Assembly: GCA_013265495.1 (NCBI GenBank)
Contig: MU057936.1
Span: forward strand, 261,195 to 325,194
DNA: 64,000 nucleotides
Reading direction: 5' to 3'
From: Vicugna vicugna
Taxonomy: Eukaryota
A program made the position numbers and the translations under genes. Shown here one piece after another: positions 1 to 9,963 of this stretch (position 1 is the stretch's first letter; every line of letters begins with the position of its first letter). The notes beneath the pieces were generated by a model. It saw only the letters and a list, made by a program, of their open reading frames with translations. It searched no databases and was not told the DNA's origin.

Positions 1-1047
1 AAATCCTCTCTATATTCTGAACTAACGTATCAGGGGCGTGGGACTGACGGCAGATGGCAAAACAAATGGACTAGAAAAGGGACCTCCAGGGCTGGGCAAG
101 CCCGGTCCTGAAGGAATTCGTCTTCTAAACTTACGTCCTGGGTGTCTGGGGCTAGGCAAAAGGGGCACTACTTGGGTCAGTTCAGTAGGGGAACAATAAG
201 TCTCGGGTGTTCTGTGACAGAGTCAGGTAGGAGACTTTCTCAAAGAAATAGCATCCTAGCCTCCAAGGGCACAGGGGCGTTGACTCATTGGCTATGTCCT
301 TTTCCCTCCCAGTGTAGCCACCCTGTGCCGGTGTCGCAGACAAGACAAGGGAGGGTTTTCGTTGCGTCCGCCTGGCCGCTCCCCTCGCGGGGACGAAGGT
401 GCCTCTTAGCTTTGGCGGGTCAGTATAAGCCGCTGACTCCGATCGGGACCCTGAGGGACCGATACCGCCCTGAGCCGTATGAGGTCACCACGGAACCGCA
501 GGTTGGGACTCACTCGAACTCCGTAGCAGAACGCCGTGGAGCTACAAACTCGAGCCTGATCGCATGCTTCACAGGCCGCTCATTCACTCACACACACACA
601 CACACATACACAGAGGTTAACAACAGTCCTCCCACCAATACCAATATCCTGTTTCCTGTAGGAGGGGATCCGCCTCCTCTTCTGTCCACTGGGACGGGAC
701 CTGATTCCTGACCTGATTTCCCCGTCTGAAATACCATCAGACGGAGAGCCTGTAGGAGGGGATCAGCCTCCTCTTCTGTCCAATGGGACAGGACCTGATT
801 CCTCCCGGGGGTTCCTACCTTGTCCGGACAGCCACCTGGTGAGTCTGTCTGTCCCTCCGTGGAGTCTGGCTCTGGTTGTAGCCCAGCCACCTGGGGGGCC
901 GAGTTGCCATCACGAAGGAGAACCCGGAATACTGTCGGGCGGTGCCACCCCGTTCGCTGCCGGAATCCTGTCCCCTGGTTGGCCGGAGCCACCAGTCCAG
1001 CGGCTCAAGGGGCCGGCCTGGTTGTATCTCGCTGGGGCCTCCAGAAA
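1..1047 (-). mobile_element. 5' leader/internal region of a relatively young class I ERV, continuing off the left edge
   Basis: Follows an LTR and a perfect PBS, is CpG-rich, and has a candidate splice donor AAG|GTAGGA near 813-821 and repeated hairpins. Confidence 0.8.
1026..1043 (-). other. Primer-binding site, tRNA-Thr
   Basis: TGGAGGCCCCAGCGAGAT is complementary over 18 nt to the 3' end of mammalian tRNA-Thr(TGT) including CCA, 4 nt from the LTR terminal CA. Confidence 0.85.
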
Positions 1048-1508
1048 TGTTACGGAAACGACAGGCCAGTCAAGAAACAAGCACCACTCGGAGGGTTGGA
1101 GTACTCAGATGTATTACGCCGGCGGGCTCAGAGGGGCTTCTGCTCCAAAGCTCTGAGCACCTCCAAGACGTGCGCATGAGGTTTTATAGGGTAAAGTACA
1201 AGCTTGGGGTATTCGGCCAATAGGCATGGAACAGCTTTAGCAAAGTCATTATCACAAAAGTGGAGGCAGGGAGGCAGCAAACCAACATTCCAAAGCCAGA
1301 TATGTCTCTTTGAAAATCCAGCTGGCTAGCAAAAAAACATGAACAGCAAACCAACACTAACTTAGATTTACGAGTTAGTCTAGCAGAACTCAGATCAGTA
1401 TCCCCATACTTAGATTTGTGAGTTATCTTGTTAGGCCAGCCCAGCCTCTCCTTCATATTCCTAGACTTGTGAGTTATCTTGTTAGACCAGCCCGGCTTTT
1501 CCTTCACA
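1048..1508 (-). mobile_element. 5' LTR of the tRNA-Thr-primed ERV
   Basis: TG...CA ends (far end uncertain), TATAAAA at ~1182-1188, AATACA variant poly(A) signal at ~1110-1115, and a 51-bp-period U3 tandem repeat at 1411-1506. Confidence 0.75.
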
Positions 1509-4290
1509 CTATTACAATCATGGGTCTCATACAGAAGTATGTATCTTGTCTACTCTTTCAAGTTCCCTAATCATTATTTTATCAGAGGCTCAGTCATACA
1601 TTTGGTAATGCAAGAAACAACAATTTTGTAAAACAGGCAAAATACAAATAATATAGTTAGAAGTATTAGTAAGGTCATAAGTAAGAATTTTAGTCAAAAT
1701 TTTTCATTAGGTGCAGCTCAGTGTATCCCTGTGTCATCTGACAGTCTGCTTTGTATCAGTCCTTATCTTTAAGGAAGACGTTATACAGGCATTGTTCGTA
1801 AGACTCCCAGCCAAATTTCCTAGTGTTGTTAGGTTGGTTATCTTTAGTATAATTTAATTTTTTCCAACATAAGAGAGCCTTTAAACCTAAATGTCTATAC
1901 CCTGGTGTTAACCATATAAGTCCTTTCCATAATTGAGGGAGGTTATATTCTTTGGCTGAAATTTTGCTTGTTGCCTTGGTTGAGCTTGAGTGATCTTATA
2001 AGAAAATTCATATTTATGGCTAGGCTCAGAGCAGGTATTATTAATTGGCCAGGTGAGGGTTCCCACCTTGTAATGTCAATAGTGGCCTAAATAGAACTAT
2101 AATTTTTTTAGAATAAATTTTCTCAGGGCTATCTAGTTAGAGCCTTGGAGTAGGGAAACCCACCAAGGTAACACAGAAGTGCTAGATATAGGTAATTGAC
2201 CATAAACCTAACAGTTGGATTAGTTCATAAGCAACGGTATGAGCAATTATCAAAGTAATTGGTATACAGATCTGGTCCAGTGTCTTGGGTCAGCTGTCTA
2301 CCTCAGATGTCATCTTCTCATCCTGGGCTGGTAGCTTCTCCATCTGAGCATTGTTTTAAGGTGAGCAGTGCTCTATAGATCAGTCCAGTGCAGGGGCTCT
2401 TTCTGACTGGAAATTAATCCAAAAGTCAATTTTCTTTAGCTTTTGCTGTGCATGGTCTAGTTAAGAGTACCTGATAAAAGGTCCTTCCATTCAGGCTGAA
2501 GATAGTTTTTAAATCATGTCTGTTACAGTATGTATAATCCCCTGTTTGCAGGTCATGGGGCATCAGATCTTCATCCAAGGATAGATTACTGAGCTTCAGA
2601 AACAAACCTAGAGTGTCCTTTTAATAATTCAATTAAACACAGTAACAATATAACATAACAGCAAGGAATGATCTGGTGAGTCTTAGTAAATAGACCTCAA
2701 TTAACAAAACTAGAATTTAATATCCACTGAAATACAATCTTTTTCTCTCTAACGTTACCCTCATTTTTATCAAATATAGTCAAATCAAGATTAATTTATC
2801 TGCAAATTAAGTCTGATTATTTGATCATATAGGCTCTTTTAAACTGTCTGTGCCAGAACTCAAGATGAATTTTTAGTAAGGTCTCCTAAGGCCAGGTAAG
2901 CCTTGTTAAGGGCTTGTCACAGATTTTGCTTTACATATTTAGGTGAATTCTTTTCTTTTGAAGTTCCTCAAAATACCTTGAGACTCCTATACCTGTTAGG
3001 AGGTGATTTTCCTTATTTATCTGATAGAGCCATTGGGGACCTAAGAGTTTCCAGTCTCTGGATGGATCAGATAGAAAAGATAACTGTTCCAAGTCTGCTT
3101 ACATAAGTATAATTCATCAAATTGCTGAGTCATAATTAGCTCAAGGAGAAGGGTTTCTTTATATCTGGGAAACAGACTAAAAGCCAATAATATTTCAGAC
3201 AAAATCAAAATTATAACTGTATTCATCAGTTTACTCAGTCTCATGGAACTAATCCTTTTTTGGTTGTTGTTAACAGTTTTATGAAATCAGAGTCTCCATC
3301 AGACTTCAAATTTCTTGCCCAGTTCAGTGCTATAATCTGAAACTTATGAGAAACCAGTAAATCTCCTTGAAGAGAAAGCATTTTGCAAAGGCATCAGAGT
3401 AAAACAGTAACTGTCTATAAATGACAAAAGGCTTAAAGCATGGCTAAACACCTAGTTATGTTGCCGGTGGATGCAACCGGTGTTTCACGTTCTTGTCCCG
3501 TCCCAGAAAGAATCAGACACAAGACGTAGTGGTTAAAAAAGTAAAGTGAGAATTTATTAAAGGATGGATAGTACACTCTCAAGCGGAGAGCAGGCAGGCT
3601 CAGGTGAGCGGCTGCCCTGTGTTTCTCTGGCAAGTGAGTTACATAGGGTGTAAAAATGAATGGGCGGAATATTCATTGGGGAGGGAGGAGTTTGGGGTCA
3701 TATTCCCTGATTATCATCCCAACTCCACCTTCCCAAAGGGAGGAGGGATTTTTGTCCTTATTTAGTCTGGATCAGAAGTGTCATGGCATCAGTGCATGAT
3801 GGGTACTTCTAATCTGCAAGGCTAATTTTATTGAGATGAGGGCATAATGAGCAAAAGGTTACATTCAGACCCTGGAAATTCCTTCCTTTTCCCACCTTTC
3901 TTTGTCGTCTCCAGGCCACTCATCACCCCAAAAGGTGTGACCCCTTATCAGCCCAGAGGTTCCTGCTTTTAAGGTTCCTGCTTTCTCTGCCCAGGGACCC
4001 CTGGTGCTTACATGATGTATGGTTTCCTGCATTTGGTCTGTGCCCCTCCTTTCTGCCCAATTCCTGCCATGTGGTCTGTGTCCCCTTTTCTCTACTCATA
4101 TCTAGCTATCTGCTTGCTCTAACAGTTACACTGTAATTGATAAAGAAATCTGGTTACAATAACCAGAATTATGACTGGTAACGTTTCAGACATACCAGGT
4201 ATTTAGGGACTTTATATAATTTCTAGAACATCTATAGTAATAACATTTTCTCATACAATATAACCTAAGAACATCACAACACAAAAGTAG
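1509..4290 (-). mobile_element. Older degenerate ERV1 internal sequence (MER4/MER41-group-like) with integrase C-terminal and env N-terminal remnants
   Basis: ~2410-2560 resembles the IN C-terminus (LQTGDY...YQVLLTRPCTAK, frameshifted). ~2140-2216 reads NC*VYGQLPISSTSVLPWWVSLLQG, an env CWVC-type region. Interrupted by a solo LTR. Confidence 0.65.
3459..4124 (-). mobile_element. Solo LTR (666 bp) with 4-bp TSD GTTA
   Basis: TGTTG...TAACA termini, GTTA at 3455-3458 and 4125-4128, AATAAA on the - strand at ~3553-3558. Confidence 0.88.
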
Positions 4291-4739
4291 GTGAATAACC
4301 ATTCTGTTGATTCTTATTTTGTGATTGGCTTTATTCCTCTGATAACTATGTAAGTTTAAAAAGCTAAAGCTCTAATCTGTTCTTAGAAACAATGATTAGT
4401 ACATATATGTAAACTAAAAAATATGTGCAGCATATTGTATATATGTATTAACATACAATATAATGTATATATACAGTCAAACTGTATTAATTCTACCTAA
4501 TGAAACTGGAAAAAAAAAAGAAGTAGGAGGGTACTAAGTAGCTAAACCCAGTAAAAACAAGAAATTTGAGAATGTCTGAAAAGAAAGACCTTATCCCTTC
4601 AGAGATCTAGGAAAAGGCACTGGAGAACATGTCAGAGACCTGTTCGGTGACTACTTTTCTATAAGCATTGACATAGCTGACTCACTGGGGGTAAAAGTAC
4701 AGCACTCAGTACATATTACTGTGAATGGGCACCCTTAGG

Positions 4740-5025
4740 TGGAATATTAAGAGCCATGTGGTTTTGTAAGACAGCTTTCTTTAATGGCCAAAGTAGATGT
4801 CACCATTAATGATCTTAGTGCTGTTCTAGATATGAGGAAATGAAAGAATTTGGGTTCATAAAATCTCCTGAAAATATCTAATTATCTGAAGACCTATTTT
4901 GGCAGTTTTCCCAGAGCACAGAGGGCCTCATTCCTGATTTCCACCCTGAGCCTGACAGGGTGTGATGCAGGTCAGCGACTTCAGTGGCTTGCGACTTAAT
5001 CCTTGTAGAGGCAGATGGAAGGTGC
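4740..5025 (-). mobile_element. Partial LTR, MER41-like
   Basis: Recognised by resemblance only. Abuts ERV 3' internal-like sequence at ~5030-5600. Confidence 0.4.
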
Positions 5026-6079
5026 CCTCATGATGATAAATTCGACCGTGGCTTGGGAGGCATTTCATGATCATTGTGTCCCACAGTGCTAGGATCATTC
5101 CTAGGTCAGGCGAGGATCTCACTGACAGGCCGCTCAGTGTGCTATTACTGGACTAGGCCTTATTAACAGTAGCGAAAAGTCTTGACCACCTCATGTTGCT
5201 TCTTCCCATGTGTAGGATTACACTAGTATAATTACAAATCTCCTATGGAACTATATATCTGGTTAAGTGCTTCAAGTTGCTACTTGTTAGTCTGATGGAG
5301 CTTGACTAGCTTTAATAGAAAATTCATATTTATGGCCAGGATTAGAGCAGATATTAATTGGCCAGGTGAGGGAATCCCACTTAGTAATACTAGGGGCCAG
5401 AACAAAACTATAAATTCTTTTTTCTAGAATAAATTTCCAAGTGCCTACGGATTAGACCCTTGGGGAGAAATCCACCAAGGTAACCCAGAAGTACTGGATG
5501 TAGGTAGTTGACCAGAAACCTAACAATTGGATTAATTTAACTGTGTTAGATCATGAAATGCATTTAGATTACTGAGCTTTAGAAACCAACCTATAGTGGT
5601 TTTGTAATAATTAAACTTTGTTACAATCCCCAAGGGCAAGACAGCTTTTTGTTGGCTGTGCCTCGCCCCCTTTCTCAAAATTTGCATTTTAAACAGATGG
5701 CGATATAAGGGAGAAGACCAGGCAGAATATTTGCATCTCAAAGGCAAGTTCCTCCTAGAATGACTTTGTTCCCTTAGGATCAGATTTTTTTTTTTTTGAC
5801 TACATAACAAATCTCTTAAAATAAGTAGGGGAGGTTTGGGGAGTGATAAAAGGATTGATGGGCTTTAGATTATTTCTGGAGTCACTTCTCTGGTCCTGGC
5901 ACAGAATTAGCAATGGTGGTGACCATATATCTGGCTAGCCTTTTGTCTTTTCTTATTCCTTTTTCCTATTTAGCCCTCAGTATTTCCTCTCAAATGTTGA
6001 AAACCTTAAAGGAGGTGTCCAATGAAACAGGAAGAGAATCTGGAGAGACACATGCAGCAGTTTTATGAAAATCCAAATT

Positions 6080-6342
6080 TGGGGAGAGGGCCATAAGGCC
6101 TGAACATAGGGGACCTCAGACCATTTGCCCAATTTGTAACAGAAAGAATCAAGCTGTAAGACTGTATTATAGCTCAGAGTCCCATGAAGGGACCAAGTCT
6201 CCTGATCTGAAAGTTGGTATTGGAGCCAGGTGACATTACAGAAAAAGATAAGCTGCTTTTTCCTTAATGTCTGGGGATCAAACTTATCCCAGTGTTTTAA
6301 AATGCAACCCAAAGGTGAGTCCTAGGGAATAGATGAAGCAAA
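6080..6342 (-). pseudogene. gag: ERV gag (matrix) remnant, HERV-W/ERV9/HERV-H-like
   Basis: SSIP*DSPLGCILKHWDKFDPQTLRKKQLIFFCNVTWLQYQLSDQETW...TLSYNTVLQLDSFCYKLGKWSEVPYVQA is a typical class I MA. It has an in-frame stop, no start codon and is truncated. Confidence 0.85.
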
Positions 6343-7075
6343 GAGAAGGAAACCAGTGTAGACTCTATTCTGGGGTGTATCGTACCCCAGGGAGAGAGGC
6401 TAACAGTGCAGATTCTATTTTGTGGCATCCCCCAAGAAAGAGAAAGGCTAAACTTTTGATGTTCTCTTACTTTGGGTGTCTCCCAAGAAAGAGAAGCCAA
6501 CTGGTGCAAGGGCCAGAACTAGTGCAAGAGCTGAAGAGCCAGCACAAGGGCTGAAAAGCAAAGGAAAAGTGGGGGACTTCTACCTGGCACGGTGAGGAAA
6601 GGCTGGAGGCTGGGCCACTCTGAAGGCATCAACCGCAAAAGCAGAAAGAAGGTGCAGAGGTGCACCATGTGGTTTGGCCCAAGAACCAAGGAGTGTCTCC
6701 AGGGCCAGAGTCAGAGGAAGGGAGAGATAGAGAAGGGGGAGATGGAGAGAGGAGTATTTGGAAAAGAAAATACACGTTTCCCATGTGTATTCACTGCTAC
6801 AGCCCAGGGGTCATTTCCATCTGTCAGACCAAGTTTCAGAGCCCACTGAGCGTAACCCAGCTGGGGTTCCTCAGTCCTCCACAAGACTTCAGGGAATTTC
6901 TGAACGCTAGGGAGCAGCAGGAAGGTATGAGAGAGGAAAAGAAAGCAGAAAAGAGAAGCGTGCCCTGAGGATTCTAGCCTGCAGTACAGAGCTTTCTTCT
7001 GATTAAGCCAGGGGGAGACTCCCGTAGGGAGGGGGAGAAAGAAGGAGAAGCCCAAAGGGCTCCCCCAGAGTCCTA

Positions 7076-7093
7076 GCCACATACGGGCCACCA
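7076..7093 (-). other. Primer-binding site, tRNA-Ile-like
   Basis: TGGTGGCCCGTATGTGGC matches the tRNA-Ile(AAT) 3' end at 15/18 positions (12 contiguous), 2 nt from the LTR CA. Confidence 0.7.
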
Positions 7094-7095
7094 AA

Positions 7096-7663
7096 TGTTG
7101 TGGGCCACAATGGGGCGGCCCGTACAGGGACATGGTGATGTGGGTTCAGTAAAAGAATTTACCAGAGCTTAAGTATAAGAATGAAAAGGAGTTTATTAGG
7201 GTGCTCTGTCACAGACAACAGCGGGCCACACAGATGAGACATGTCTGAGCACTGGGGTGAAGGACAAGGGAAAAGGTCAATAGTTAGGGTGCTGTCGGCA
7301 ACAGCGGGCCACACAGATGAGAGGTGCCTGTGTGCACACCGAGGGCTGGTTGTTGGGGTGTTTCATAAGGTATAGGGTCACAAGGTGCGTGATCGGTTTG
7401 TGCACAAGTCTCTGATTGGTTGCAGGTGAGGTAAGAGGTTTAGGGTCCATGAAGGGCAGTGAAGTTTATGACTCTGATTAAGATGAACTGAAACAAACCA
7501 GCCTGAGCTATTGTGAGATTAGACATTCCCTAGGCCTGTTAGTTTGTGAGGGGAAACATGCCCAGTAAAGAATGTACTTCATCTGCAGAGGGATCACAGG
7601 CAGACATCTGGGAGCCCAGAAATGGGGGTCATTGGACTTTGAAGGACATCAGTGGGCCCAACA
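7096..7663 (-). mobile_element. 5' LTR (568 bp) of the tRNA-Ile-primed ERV
   Basis: Inverted termini TGTTG...CAACA, AATAAA on the - strand at ~7192-7197, CCAAT at ~7415-7419, internal direct repeat CAACAGCGGGCCACACAGATGAGA. Adjoins an L1 3' UTR. Confidence 0.85.
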
Positions 7664-8629
7664 TTTTTCTATGAGTTGTTTTGTTTTGTTTAGATTCCAT
7701 ATATAAGTAAAATCATACAGTATTTCTCCTTTCTCTGATTTCACTTAGTACAGTGCTCTCAGGGTCTATCCATGTTGTCACAAATGGCAGGATTTCTTCC
7801 CTCTTTATGGCTGAATAATATTCCATTGTATCTATGTATACTATGTCTTTGTTTACCATTCATCTGTAGATGGACACTTTGGTTGTTTCCAGGTCTTGGC
7901 TGATGTAAACAATGCTGCTCTGAACATAGGGGTTGGGTGGGGACAGATATCTCTTCAACGTAGTGTTTTCATTTCTTATGTATTCCCAAAGTGGAATTGC
8001 TGGATCATATGGTAGTTAATTTTTTAAGGAGTCTTCATACTATTTTCCATACTGGCTGTACCAATTTATAATCTTGTGCACCATCAGTCCACAAGAATTC
8101 CCTTTCCTCCATATCCATGTCAGCATTTGTTATCTCTTTTTGTTCCTAGCCATTCTAACAGGTGTAAGGTGATAGCTCATTGTGGTTTTGATTTTCATTT
8201 CCCTAATGATTAGTGATGTTGAACGTATTTTCATGTACCTGTTGGGCATTCGTATATCTTCTTGGGAAAAATGTCTGCTCTAGTCCTTTGCCCATGTTTT
8301 TAGTTGGATTTTTCCCCCCTGTTTTTGCTATTGAGTTTTATGAGTTCTTAACATATTTGGATATTAACCCCTTATCAGATAGTTGGTTTGCAAATATTTT
8401 TTCCCATTCCATAGATTCTTTTCATTTTGTTGCTTGTGTTTATTGCTATACAGAAGCTTTTTAGTTCAATATAATCCCACTTACTTTGTTTTGTTTGCTT
8501 TTGCTTTAGGAGTCATATACAAAAAAATCATTGCTGATACCCATGTTAAGGGGCTTGGTTCCTATGTTTGCTTCTAGTAGTTTTATGGTTTTTGAGTTTA
8601 TACTTAAGTCTTTAATCTATTTCTAAGTT

Positions 8630-9771
8630 TATTTTTGATTTTTTCTGGTGTAAGGCATAATGTTTCAGTCTTACATATACATACATATATTTGTTTTCAT
8701 ATTTCCCATTATAGGTTACTAAAAGATATTGAATATAGTTCCCTGTGCTATACAGTATAAACTTGCTGTTTACCTATTTTATCTATAGTAGATAGTATCT
8801 GCAAATCTCAAACTCCCAATTTATCCCTTCCCACCCTCTTTCCCCCAAGTAACCATGTTTGTTTACTATGTCTGAGTCTGTTTTGTAGATAAGTTTATTA
8901 GTGTCTTTTTTTTTTAAGATTCCTCATATAAGTGGTATCATATGGTATTTTTCTTTCTCTTTCTGGCTGGCTTCACTTAGAATAATAATCTCCAGATCCA
9001 TCCATATTGCTGCAAAAGGCATATTTTATTCTTTTTTATGGCTGAGTAGTATTCAGTTGTATAAATATACCACAACTTCTTTATCCAGTCCTCTGTTGGT
9101 GGACATTTAGGTTGTTTCCATGTCTTGCCTATTGTATATAGTGCTGCTATGAACGTTGGCATGCATGTATCTTTTCAAATTAGAGTTCCCTCTGGATATA
9201 TGCCCAGGACTGGGATTGCTAGATCATATAGTTAAGTCTGTTTTTAGCTTTTTGAGGAATCTCCAAATTATTTTCCATAATGGCTGCACCAAACTACAGT
9301 ATTCTCCTAGGGCAGTCTATCCAGGCAATAGAAATAAAACCAAAAATAAATAAATGGAACCTAATTAAACTTACAAGCGCTTGCACAGCAAAGGAAACCA
9401 TAAGCAAAACAAAAAGACAGCCTATGAAGTGGGAGAAACTATTTGCAAATGATGCAACTGACAAGGGCTTAATTTCCAGAATATATAAACAGCTCATACA
9501 ACTTAACAAAAAAAACAAAGAACCCAATCCAAAACTGGGCAGAAGACCTAAACAAGTAATTCTCCAAAGAAAACATACAAATGGCCAATAGGCACATGGA
9601 AAAAATGCTCAGTATCACTAATTATCAGAGAAATGCTGATCAAGACTACAATGAGGTATCACCTCACACTAGTCAGAATGGCCATCATTCAAAAGTCCAC
9701 AAATGATAGATTCTGGAGAGGGTGTGGAGGGAAGGAAACCCTCCTACACTGTTGGTGGGAGTGTAGTTTGG
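8630..9771 (-). mobile_element. Younger 5'-inverted L1 fragment nested in the old L1
   Basis: Minus-strand 3' part to ~9298, plus-strand ORF2 part ~9300-9771. The host L1 resumes at 9772. Degenerate TSD TATTTC(T)AAGTT / TATTTCCAGTT. Confidence 0.8.
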
Positions 9772-9914
9772 TATTTCCAGTTAATTTTTGTGAGTGGTAT
9801 AAGATAGGGGTCTAATTTCATTCTTTTACATTTGAAGATCCAATTTTCCCAGGACCATTTATTGAAGAGATTGTCTTTTCTCAATTGAGTATTTTTGCCT
9901 CTGTTGTCAAATAT

Positions 9915-9963
9915 TACATACATACATATATATACATGTATATATATACATATATATATATAT
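9915..9963. repeat. (TA)/(TACA) microsatellite within the old L1
   Basis: Direct reading. Confidence 0.85.

Larger units (their letters stand above)
5026..7095 (-). mobile_element. Degenerate ERV1 internal region with gag matrix and env remnants
   Basis: Contains the gag remnant, a second env remnant at 5317-5537, and a purine-skewed leader following the PBS. Confidence 0.7.

Noticed and set aside
142..1507. ORFs of 93-189 aa in the ERV leader and LTR
   Set aside because: No gag, pol or env motifs; they arise in GC-rich leader/LTR sequence.
1048..7663. Single intact provirus bounded by the LTRs at 1048 and 7096
   Set aside because: The LTRs are dissimilar, each is followed by its own different PBS, and no PPT precedes the 1048-1508 LTR.
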